From contig CDMY01000613.1 in NCBI GenBank assembly GCA_001179505.1, forward strand, positions 124,001-188,000: a stretch of 64,000 nt of DNA, read 5' to 3'. Under the pieces are notes generated by a model that had not been told where the DNA came from, ran no database searches, and was given only the letters and a program-made list of their open reading frames with translations. The position numbers and the translations under genes are program-made. Origin of the DNA: Vitrella brassicaformis CCMP3155 (taxonomy: Eukaryota; Protista; Chromerida). Of the stretch, positions 1 to 11,344 are shown piece after piece. Positions within the stretch are counted from its first letter, which is position 1. Every line of letters starts with the position of its first letter.

Positions 1-1989
1 TCCCTCTCCGGCCTGTCTCAGGAGCATGTGTACCTGCCGCCTCCCAGCCTGGAGCAGTGCCTGACGTCATCGGACTTCGTGGGCATCGTCAACAAGGCCC
101 TGCAGAAGGAGCCCAGGGGCAGGTACCTCACCGCCACCGACATGATCAGGGACCTGCGCATGCTGCTGGAGGAGCTGCAGAACCTCCCACCACTCATGCA
201 GGAGACACTGCCGCACCTCAAGCTCGCCAACCAGCAGCAAGAAGCAACCGTGGAGACCCTTCCCCTCTCCCTGCCGCCAGCACCGGGTGGTCAGCCTGCG
301 TTGACCGACCTGAGTGTCCCTGGCCCGCCATCGCGTCAGTCGAGCGATGACGAGGCAAGAACGGGCTTCGCCAGAGTGCTGGACCTGAGGTGAGACATGC
401 CATCAGAAACAATGAGACAACAGTGCGTACTTATTATGAGTGTTGTCGTTCAGGAACGAGGGTCTGACGGCGTTCACGTCCCGCTATCTCGCCAAGTTCG
501 CCAACGCCCTCCTCGCCGACGAGCTGCACATCACCGGCGGGCCCATCCCACTCCGGGTCATCAGGCAGGGCGAGTCGACCTCACTCAACCTCAGCGACCG
601 ATCGCTGGCGGCGCACGACACCATGGTGCTCGCACGCCTGCTCGCACACAACTCCACCATCGAGCACCTGGACTTGTCCAAGAACTGCGTGGCGCACGAG
701 AACGCGGCCGAGCGTCAGGCGCATCCTCATATGTATCGTGTGGAGGGGCTGGCGAGGTTGGCCGAGTCGCTGCCGTCGCTGCCGCTGCAGGTGCTGAATC
801 TGAGCGAGAACCCGCTGGGAGGGCAGGTGGGAGAGGTCATCTGCAGGGCTCTGGGCAAGTGCCCAAATCTGAGGGTGGGTGGGTGATATCGAGACACTCT
901 GACAGAGTGCATTAGAGATGTAATGTGTGCATGTGTGCATGTGTGTGTGTGTGCGTGATTTAGTCTCTTCATTTGGGTCACTGTGACATCATGTCTCGCG
1001 GCGGCGTGGCATTGGCCGAGTCACTCAAGCACCTCACCATGCTGGAAGAGCTGGACATCAAGTCAGCGAGACACAGAAAGACACAAACACATTGCAGACA
1101 ATGCAGCGGCCTTTCTCCTGCCTGCCTGCCTGCCTGCCTGCGTGTCAGCCACTGTCACATAGGTGATGACGGGTGCAAGGCTTTGGCGAGCAGCCTGGGT
1201 GCGTCACCTCACCTGGCAACCATCAACCTCTATGGCAACAGCATCGAGGACGAGGGCGCTGACGCACTCGTGTAGGCCGGGCGGCTGCACATGTTCCGAC
1301 AGAGACAGAGACAGGGAGACCAATGTGCGTGCGTGTGTGTGGTGCAGGAGTGCGTTGGAGCATGACTTCACTTTGCTGACCTTGCCGCTTGGCGACAACA
1401 GGATATCGAGGCCATACGAGCAGCTCATACAGAGGGCCATCACATTCAACAACCAATACAAGGTGACTGACTGACACACACAGGAGTGAGTACCTTATAT
1501 ATTCCTTGCTGCGTGGAGTGCATTCTCCACCTCTCTCTGTGTGTGTCTTTGTTCAGTCTTTGTGTGAGCACAACTCTCGCTTCGAGGGCTTTGGTCACCA
1601 CCTCATGGCCGAGTCACTCAAGGCATGGGCCAGAGGGTACACTCACACACACGGCGCACGACAGACGCCTCATTTGTCCGTCTCCGTTGCTGCAGTGACA
1701 CCTTCATTGCCAAGCGGCTGCACACACGCCTATTGCAGCCCAAGGACCCACTCGAGGAAGAGGCAAACACCACAGACACACACACACATGCGAAGAGACA
1801 GAGAGACCCGTTAATGGTATCTGCTGCCGTGTCGCTTGTCATTGGTTTGACCAGGTTGGTCGTCTGCTGCTGACGTCCGATAATGCTTTGGTGTTGGATT
1901 CTGCCTTTGAGATGTACGCGAGTGCCAGGGTCAACGGGGGGGACCCTGCCAGCCCCTTGCCCCCCGCAGCACTCGTGCAGAAAGTATAG
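1..1989 (+). CDS. 5'-truncated multi-exon gene: C-terminal end of a protein kinase-like domain followed by RNI-like leucine-rich repeats
   Basis: DFVGIVNKALQKEPRGRY resembles kinase subdomain XI. Later exons give LRR units TIEHLDLSKN, LQVLNLSEN, LEELDINHCHIG and LATINLYGNSIEDEGA. Exons join in phase via GT-AG introns plus one GC-AG intron (1763-1854). Stop TAG at 1987-1989. Confidence 0.7.
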
Positions 1990-2270
1990 CTCACCATCCG
2001 GATGGGGGTAGCTGGGCTGGTGTGTGTGACGCGTGAGAGCAGTAGACGTGGAACAGAATGTGTGTATGGTGCACAGCCGTGTCATTGGCTGGATGAATTC
2101 CATGTGCATACTAGTCCATCCGTGCGAGCGTGTAGTGAACCCTTGCACGAAAAAAAGACACGTCCGTGTGTCCATGCAGGTCCATCCATCCATCCATCCA
2201 TGTCAATGCACACGTACGCATGTATCTCCCCACGGCATGGTGTGGCCTTCTACATACTCGGTGTCTCAAC

Positions 2271-3940
2271 TCAGGTCTGCGGGTCTGAGCGGTCAAGCCG
2301 GGGAGACGTCCGGGGAGAGACATATGTGCTCATCTCGAGAGGGGCGTGTTGGTTGCGGGCGGCCATGAACGCCCATCGGGGGTATCGGGCCTCCGTGTAG
2401 TTGAGCTGCGGAACCGGGCACACGATGACACCACACAACACAACACGACACCACAGACGCACGTGAAAACAAAAGCTGTGTTGGTGTCTCTCTCCTGTTG
2501 TCACCCACCTCGCCATTCTGCTCCTGGGACAGGCCAGCCGGCTCCTCATCGAGGTCTCCCGTCTGCGGGGCACCCTCCCGCTCAGCTGCCGCCCTCACCT
2601 GCGGGTGAGAAACAGACAACGATCCCTACACGTGTGTGTGTGATGATTACGGCGGCGTCGTGCAGGTTGAGTCGCAGAGAGGGCAGGTGGACTTGGTCAC
2701 CAACCACTCATCCAGGCAATCCACTGAACACACACACACACACACACAGATGGGTGCAGGCCTCGGTAGATTCTTCGGTCTCTCTGTCTTGTGCAGTGTA
2801 CACTATACTGTGGAATGCATGGCCGCACGAGTTGATGCGCCTGAAGGACACCAGACAAGAGAGAGAAAGAGGGGATGCAGACGTGCAGCAGGTATGTATC
2901 TCTGCGTGTGTGTGTGTGTGCGCTTTACCGCAGTGTGTCCCCGGCGTACATCAGATCATAGCAAACAGCACACATCTACATACACGGATCGATGCACACA
3001 CACATCAGATGCAGCAATCGACCCGCAATCGACTCATATGAACAGTGGCGTCATGACGTCTGTCTGCCATCTTTTGCTCCTTACCTGGTCGCTACTGTCC
3101 CTCCCATCAGGACCCCCCTTCCCCTCTCCCCTCCCCATATCCGATTCACACGCACCCGCAGCCCCCTCCACCGCCTTATCGCCCTCCGACGCCGATACCC
3201 TCTCACCGCCACTGTGTCCACTACTACTGCTGCTGCTGCTGCTGCTGGTGGTCGTGGTGGTCGTGCTGCTGGCGGTCGACGCGCTGAGCTGCGGCTGGCC
3301 GCCCGCCGCCCCCTTGTCCTTCTGTGCCGTGGGGTGGTCCTTGGTGTGGTGTGCGAACGTCTTGGCCGACTCGTCTGCGATGGGGATGGTGGAGCTGGTG
3401 GGGAGGGGCCGGACGGAGAGGGAGGCCCTGCAGGTCCGACGGGTGGCACTTGGACAGCAGGCGGTTGATGATGGCGGCCCCCTGCACCACTATAGAGGTC
3501 GACCGACGAATCTCACTGCAACAAACACATCCACAATACATGTGAACAAAGAGCACTCGCTGTATTCCCTGTTCCCTTCGGTCGTGCGCTCTTACGCACT
3601 CGAACGTGGGTGTGCGGCCGGCATCGCTGCTCCCATTGTCAACCGGCACATCCTCCGTGTCGTCAAACATCGGCCCGTCCCACTCTTCACCCTCGATGTC
3701 CTCTTGGTCGTCGACGAAGAACGCTGTCCCGCGTTCTTCGGGTACACCTGGCCGCCCATATGGCCACAGTACATATCCCTGAGAGGACTGACTACTGGAG
3801 GGGTCGGCCGGTGCACCGCGGACCACCGCGTACTGCTGGTTCTCTGGCTGCGGTGGAATAAAAATGAAATCCTCGGGGATCTGCTGGAGGGGAATGCGGG
3901 ATGGCGATGCGCTCCCACTACCAGACATCGCGGCCGTCAA
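2271..3940 (-). CDS. RING-H2 E3 ubiquitin ligase-like protein (3' end ambiguous, possible frameshift)
   Basis: Spliced exons give MCAVCYDLMYAGDTLR / RINSCGHAFH / CLDEWLVTKSTCPLC, a C3H2C3 RING-H2 pattern, after an acidic and low-complexity N-terminus. As assembled it stops at about 2595-2647; the exons down to 2271 are in frame only with a 1-nt shift. Confidence 0.75.
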
Positions 3941-4069
3941 CTACCAGCAGCCACGGTCACCATTCCACCTGTAAATTTGCGCTTGGGGGCCAAGGGGGGC
4001 GTCTCAGCGTCTGGGATGCTTTAGAGGGCAATTGTTCAACAAAGTTGCGGTCTGCTCACTGGCAACCCT

Positions 4070-5514
4070 ATGCCTTGCCCACCCCTTGAAGATCTCAGCT
4101 GCCGTGAATGCCAATGCACTGCCAGGCTCTCAAAATGCATGCCGCATCCGCGAGTGTGCTCCCGGCTTCCTGATCTCACCGAAGTCAACTCGTCATCCGT
4201 CCTTGACTTCATTTGCACTGTGCCTGTGCCCCTTGAGTGGCGAAATCGCCTTCCGAAGGATGGGGGTCTGAGAGGCTCACACGAGTTGGTGCTTGGCATG
4301 AGGGCGAGAGAGGAGCCAGCCCGAGAGCTGTCAGAAGAGGAGCTCGAGACGTTCAGCGATGACACACCATTTGACAAGAAAACCCTGAGGATTTGTCTGA
4401 CGTCCATCGAAGGGGAGGCGCTGCCTACGGAGGAGAACTACCTGTTCATCACGCCTCACGCCGGCAACGACGAGACGGGCAGTGTGTTTGTGCCAGCTCC
4501 AGAACTTGGCGCGGCAAGTCCTTCCCTCGGGACAGGTCGTGAGCGGAAGCGCACTCTTCATTTCTCTTCTCTCATGGCTCGACTCTTTCGGCAAGGACGG
4601 ATGGGGCTGCGCCGAGGTCACCCTCTTCGATAATGCCAGCAACAAGGCCCTCTATCTCATCACCAACTACGCTACGTAAGTTCCACGGCGGCTGCTCTCC
4701 ACAGCCATTCTCATGCTCTCGTCGTGTCTCTGTCTCGGCGTGTCCATTTCTTGCAGGGCTCTGGTACGGCTCGTATGGGTTCCAGTACTCGAACAGCCCT
4801 TTCATCACGGAGAGTACACGGCGAGGCGTCAAAGAGCTGGCGACTGGGCTGGCGAGCGACGAGAATCTCTTCTCCATCCTCAGGTCGGTGCAGTCCTTCG
4901 AAGAGCTCACGTCTGTCATCCCAATCGCTTACGGTGACCTGGGGGCGCTAGAGGCCATGGCACATACGTGTGTCGAGAGAGGCGAAAGACTCCCCGGCCC
5001 TGCCCCACCAGCAATCCCCCGCTCCAGCAATGTCGGCCTTCTGCTGTCACCGAAAGCCGCGATCCACAGAAGCTATCCTCCCAGAAGCTCGGCTCGGCCC
5101 TTCGGGCCTCACCTTCGCAAGCAATGCCAGTCGATCGAAATCTACGACAAATATGCAGAGGGCCTGCGATATCTGGCGGCACAGCAGACAGACATACCCT
5201 TGGGCCACAAGTTTGCCAAAGGCCTCGTCCTCGCATTGCCGTTCAACACACAGTTCGTCCAGTCCACGCCCCTGGCTACGAGGACACTAAGAGACATGAA
5301 CCAGTACACCATTTCGGAGTTCTTCCCAGAACCCGAGCGGACAATACTGAAGCCGAGACGGCGCAGCGGAGAGAGGAGGGAGAGGGCTGTGACAACAGCC
5401 GGGGTGAGCGAGACAAGGCCACGGCGGGGGTGTGTGAAGAGAGTACGGGGGGAGGAAGTGGGGACAGAGCCTGGCACCAAGAGGGGCAGGAGGGGAGCCT
5501 CAGGCAAATTGTGA
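4070..5514 (+). CDS. Hypothetical protein, three exons
   Basis: ORFs 4070-, 4596- and 4756- join in phase via a GC-AG intron (GCAAGT donor at 4514, acceptor 4595) and a GTAAGT intron. No family recognised. Confidence 0.6.
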
Positions 5515-5923
5515 GGACGGTCTAGTATAAGTGGAGAATGAGACTTCATGTCTGAGTGAGGGAGACTAGGTCTTTCTTTTGATTGCGCAAACACTCGGGA
5601 GCGAAAGGCGATGTTATCCATTCTGAGAGCAATTCCATTCAACGAACCTTGCAGCGCTTGAATATGGGTCATGATCCAGTGTCATCTCGCATACACATAT
5701 GAACAGTAACGAGGTAGGTGAGACGTCGTGTGACTGTTCGAACCCACACACCATACCCAACCACACCAGTGTCCTTTCGGATCTGTTCCCTAACTAATCA
5801 ATCGCCCGCCCGCTCAACGAACACTTGTCTGCCCAAGTTCTACCGTCTCCCCATTCTGTCGCTTCACGAAGTCAGCCAGCCAGCCAGCCATCCGGCCACC
5901 GCCACCCACATCGGTCAGTCAGG

Positions 5924-6844
5924 TCATGATGCGACGCCGTTGTCGACCGACGGCCGCCTCTTGCTGCTATACCGCTGCTTGGCCTGGTCGTTGATGATGC
6001 ATAGGTGCTCCAGGTCACGGAACATCTCATTGTAGTCGAGGCTGAACCCGACAACGAATGCATCTGGGGGGACAGCAGGACACAACACACACATGACACA
6101 GCAACAGAACAGGCGCCACACAAGTCTCGCAGGGACGCTTCTTCTGGCTGACCAGGGCATGAAAATCCGACAAAATCGCCGCGGAAGCCGTTCGACTTGT
6201 CGGTGCGCTTCTCGAGGAGGGAAGCGATGCCAATCGACTTGGGGCCGATGGCCCGCAGGTAGTCGCAGAACTTGGTCAGCGTATTGCCTGAATGGACCAC
6301 AATAAGTAAAGGACACACAGTGTGGTTGTGATGCGCCGCCCAGCCCAGCCCAGCCAAACCAGGCCAGCAACCTGTATCGATGATATCTTCGACGATGAGA
6401 ACGTGTTTGTTCTTGAGGATTGACAGATCCTCTGCTATCACTTCCAGCTGGCCGCTGCTGTCGGTGCCGACGTACGAACGCAGACGCACATAGTGCTCCT
6501 GCAGGCAAAGCGAAGCGACCACACAGGCATGCACAGGCACAGCAAACGTGCCATCATGTCATCCATCCATCCATGAGTGTGTGTGTGGTGTGTGTCGCTG
6601 GCCCACCCACTTACCATATATGGCGGTGAAGTGGCGTATGGCCTGCCGTACATGTGTATCTTGTTGAGGTAGGACAGCAGATGGTTGAAGAAGCCCCGCG
6701 ACCCCTTGAGTATGCACAGCACATGCAGGTCCTGGTCGCCGTAGAAGGTCTTGATGTCATGCGCCAGCTTCTCGATGCGGTCCAGAATGAAGCCAGCTGG
6801 GATCAACACACGCTCCAGGTCAAGCTGGTACTGCACACACCACA

Positions 6845-6878
<34 letters not shown>

Positions 6879-7203
6879 TGAATGCTCTGCCTTGTTTCTG
6901 TCTGCTGTGTGTATGTGGTTGTGTGTCGGCCGCCCCGCGTGTGTGGTATGTGCGTACGTGTGACGGGAGGAGGAAGTGGCTCAATGCGTAGCCTGTGTCG
7001 TCGCTTATGTACACGGGCTCAGATCTGCCCTCTCCGCTGCCGGGATTCTGCAGCGTCGGACGATGCTTGCTCGAGGGGGGCTCGGAATACATCACGAGGG
7101 GGGCTGCCTGGCACTGCTTGTTCTGTCGGCTGATGGCGTCGCGCTCACCGTCCCCTTTCCTTCTTCCCTTTCCTTCACAAAATGCGAGCTTGGTAGCTCG
7201 CAA
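5924..7203 (-). CDS. HPRT: Hypoxanthine(-xanthine)-guanine phosphoribosyltransferase, apicomplexan type
   Basis: Motifs [31 protein letters not shown] (PRPP-binding loop), SLLEKRT, GDFVGFS and YNEMFRD across five exons. Start is Met 7203 or Met 7092. Confidence 0.95.
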
Positions 7204-7458
7204 AAGCCGATCCGCCTCTCTCCCTTTGGTTTTTCCCCTCTTCCCCTCTGCCCGGGCAGACCTGGTGTTTGCCAGTGGGACAGCAATCCGTTTTCGCCAG
7301 CTCTCCGTCGATTTGTGCCGAGCAGGTCAGACGGGAGGGCTGACAAGCGCCACGGGGATGGATGCAGCTGCAGGGGAGCGTGGCATTGTATCCGTTCGTG
7401 TTCAGATCTGTAGCGTGTCCGCCGTATCCTGCTGACCTTGCTTCTCGGGACGACGGAG

Positions 7459-9813
7459 ATGAGTGAGTTCCCTCTTGCTGGTGCAGCTGCGGCTGGCACC
7501 AAGGGAGGGCCCAAAGGAGATGCCGGCAATACGCAGGTACACGGACGCATGACAGTTTCCGATCTGCTTGTCCGTACAAATACCATATCTGTTGGTGTTG
7601 GTAGGTTGGTGCTCGTCTTGTGTGTGACGACGGGCATCTTATGGTTCGCGGCGACGACTACGATGCATGGAGCAACGCGACAGTGCCGCAACAGGCCGAC
7701 AAACTGGTGAGCGCACACAGTGAGGACACAGACAGGCAGAGGGGCGCGGTTGATGTGTGGTTTTGGTCTCTCCAGGGCGCTGCGTTGAAGACGGCTCACA
7801 TCGTTGCCGGCAAGAAGCATGTCGTCCCATTCCTGGGTGGGTACACATTCAACACACCACCAGCGCCGCTCACCATTGCCCCCGCCACACACATGACTGT
7901 AGGCAAGTGCCTGGAGGGTAGCTGTAGCACACTGACGTCGGTCAAGATAGAGGGCGAGAGCGATAGAGAGGAGCGCGAGTACGAGGCAGAGGAGGGCACT
8001 TCCCCTTTGGTATTCGAGCACGTCAAGACCCTCACCGTCACCAGCGAGCCGTGGCTGGAACACATTGGGTGCGTGGGTGGGGCTGGCGTGGGCTGGCTGC
8101 AGGAGTCTGTATGGGAGTGTGCACATCCATCCATCGTGTCTCGTGTGTGTGTGTGTGCTGTCCTTTCAGTCGCCGTCTGTGGGTGTTCCCCAATCTGACG
8201 CAGCTCCACGTGGGCACCATCTCGGCCACCAACACCGCCTTCACCGCAATGTGCGAGATCGTCAAGGCCGCCCCCGCCCTCACCTCACTCGACGCAGACC
8301 ACATCAACTTCACATCGTCCAAACACTGGCGCACATTCCTGGTCAGTGGTGGAAGACACAATGAATGCGCACATAAACTGTGACCTGAGTGCACTCTGTC
8401 TTTCCTTCTGCCATCTGTGTGTGTGTGGTGTGCAGTGCTGCATCGCCCGTTGTCCTATGCTGACGACCATCACGGGCCTGACCATCTCAGCGCACCCTGG
8501 TGCGGGCGGCATGAAGGCCGGTGTTGCTGAGGAGGGTGTACTGGGTCACTGCCCCTACCTGACCACCACGTCGGGCATCGCCATGGATGTGGCCGCCACC
8601 GTCGAGGACACCATCGACCTCTGTGGCCTCAAGCAGGCACTCGACGCAAACTGGACCAAAGACGACATGAAAGGTGCGTTCGTATACATGGGTGCACAAG
8701 AGAACCGCCAGACAAAGTGTGTCTGTGTTCGTGTCGGCGTCAGGCAAGGCCAAGAAGCTGGGCCTCGTCTACGAGCCGACGATAGGAGTGGCGTACGGCG
8801 CGAGCGAGGCCGCCTTCATCTCGTGGGCGCAGGGCGTGTGTGAGGTCGACTGGCGCTCCAACAGCCTGGCCATTGACTGCAGCAAGACACCCACCGACAC
8901 CACACAGATGACCACCGCCGTGCCACACAACGTCGGCAAAGTAGTCAAGGACATCGCACACAGCGTCAAACAGGTGAGGGACCTACCGACACACACACAC
9001 ACACACACATACACACACACGCCCGCCCGCCCGCCCTGACAGACAGGAGAGGCGAAAACAGGCTCTCGGCCCGCTCTCCCTCTGTGTGTGTAGGTATACG
9101 TTTCGTGTGGCGGGACGGCAGTCGGCGAGTGCTGGCAGGACATCCTGACCTTCCCGGCGTGCGACGAGCTGCACATCAGCGGCAAGGGCGCATCGGGCGA
9201 CGGCGTGGCCAACAGCGTGCCCGACTGGATGGTGCACAAGGGCGAGAACGGCAACAACCGCTGCCTGCCGGCCGTGTCGTCACTTCACGTGCGTTTCGAC
9301 AAGCTGACGGCCGAGTGGTCGCCGGGCGGGGGAAAGTTGTCCCAGCTGATGGGGGGGCTACATTCTGTGCAGTGCGTGTCCCTGACCTCCGACCGCCTCA
9401 CCGCTGCCTGCGACTGCCTGTCATTCCTCTCTGCTGACAAACGCCCTCTGGAGAATGTCCTCCTGTCGCTGCCCTCTGACGTGCAGGGGCTGCCCGATCC
9501 CATAAGCAGTCCGACGGATCGCTGGCAGTTCCCGGCCATCGCTCATTTGACGGTGACTGCTGGGGTGGGCAAGGCGTGTGTGCAGTCAGGCCTGCATGCC
9601 GTGCCAGTTATTGGCGCGTCGTGCGTCGATTTCGAGGGCGTCGTGTTTGTCAATGAGTTTTCCGACGCTGTGTTGGGCATGAAGGCGTTTGCCCTGGATT
9701 GCTTCACCCAGGTGCAGGAGGTGTACGGCCTCACGCACATGGAGTGTCGCAAGAGCGGCCCGCATGCCGTCCTCAAGATGAAACTCTTCCGCAAGACAGA
9801 GGGGCAGAACTAG
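7459..9813 (+). CDS. Hypothetical protein of a lineage-expanded family with degenerate LRR-like repeats (related to 24218-26667)
   Basis: Exons join in phase (MSEFPLAG...NTQ / VGARLVCDD... / GAALKTAH...). The segment KCLEGSCSTL...PLVFEHVKTLTV...WVFPNLTQL parallels KVLEGSAASL...VTFGKLEEVVL...WSLPALKTL in the 24 kb gene. Stop at 9811-9813. Confidence 0.65.
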
Positions 9814-11344
9814 ACTGACACGCCACACACCACACACGCACTCGTTTCGTGTGGATTAGTGTAGGAGGGGCCACGGAGGGAGAGGGAGGGAGGGAGGGAG
9901 GGAGGGAGGAGGGTCATTTATCGACATGCATTCTTGTTTGGATGGATGGATGGATGGATGCGTGTGCGGTGGCTAGCTGTCTAATTCATGACACGGCACG
10001 GCTCAGCGAGATGACCATGGGTATTTTTCTGTGGACTGCGGGGTTCCTTTATCCACGGGAGGGGAGGGAGGGAGGGTGGGCGCTGTACGGTCTGCCTTTA
10101 CCATGAATCGGTGGGAGGGTGGGTCGGGCCTTTCGCGGTCGGCCGACGTTAGCACGGCGAACACGTGTGTGTGCGCGTGTGCGTGTCTGTGTGTGGGTGG
10201 GTGAGCGAGTAGGTGGCCAGGGCAACGGTGTTCGTTCTTGCGCAGGGCTGTCTGTCTGTCTGTCTGTATTTGTGGTTACATGGATGGACACAAGGAGGGG
10301 CTGGAGACTTCACCGCACGCACAAAGGTTTAAGATGGGACACGAGGGAGTCGACAGACGCACGTATGAGCGCATCCTTGACAGACGCATTTGTGCGTGGG
10401 TATGGTGCGGCGCGCACGGGTGGGTGGGTGATCGATCGAAGAGCCCTGTGTATGGATGCGGTACCAACGGATGGGTGGATGTAGGTTTGTCTGGCTGCTG
10501 TCCACTCATCTCATTCGTCGCCCACTGTCGGGCCGTCTCATTATTTTCTGCATGTACGTTCCATGTACCTTACTACGGTAGATGTGTGTGTGTGTACGCA
10601 GGTAGGTACGTGACTGATGCGATGCGGCCCGGCCGGGCTGATGCTATGCTATGCGTCCCGTACAGTACGTGTGTGGTCGAGTGACATGGGGACCGCGACG
10701 AATGGATGAATGACACGCCTATGTATATCTGTCTGCATGCGAGTCGTCTCTTCAGTCCCTTCCTTCACACGATGGCACGTCCGCAACTCGTCTGTGTGTG
10801 GACACCCACCGTCTTACTGTGTCTCGGTACTCACCAGACACAGCATTGCCATGGGTGTCCCCAACCAAACGAGTCACAAACGCTCCGCCACGAAAAGTGA
10901 TGCAGTGAGGTCGATCAGACAGGGCAAGGGGTCACGCAGGCAGGCAGTCAGGCCAGCCAATAACACGTGTACGGTTGGTTTGCGGTTGCTCTGCAACGCA
11001 TCCATTCCACACATCCATGCAGTATGTAGTCAGGCAACACTCACGTCACACCACATCACGCGCATGTATGTATGTATGCCTCTATGTCCTGCCGACGCAC
11101 CAGCGCGTCGCTGCACGTCGACAAAACTTGATGGACTCCCACCACCACCCAAAACCAAGGCCACACACAAGCACACACACACACACACAGCATGTCTCCC
11201 GCTCGCCCTTGACGAGCTAGGGGCGTCGCAAAAAGCCGTTGGGGCACGTTGACTGACTGACAGGGGCACGTTGATCCACAGCAGCAGGGAGGGAGAGAAG
11301 GGGGAGGGGAGGGGAGGGGAGGGGGTGGTTTAAGGGTCTCCCCG

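Noticed and set aside
3200-3270. Poly-Gln tract predicted in ORF 3224-3940
   Set aside because: After splicing, the (CAG)n/(ACC)n repeat is read as poly-Ser/Thr in the frame leading to the RING domain.
3428-3449. 22-nt GT-AG mini-intron in the RING-H2 gene
   Set aside because: An in-phase acceptor 33 nt further on, after a pyrimidine-rich tract (CCCCACCAG), gives a conventional 55-nt intron that fixes the frame equally well.
2636-4024. 462-aa plus-strand ORF
   Set aside because: Antisense to the RING-H2 gene; runs through microsatellite introns.
5732-5748. GTTCGAACCC, resembling a tRNA T-loop
   Set aside because: The flanks do not form a T-stem, and no acceptor stem, D-arm or anticodon arm is present.
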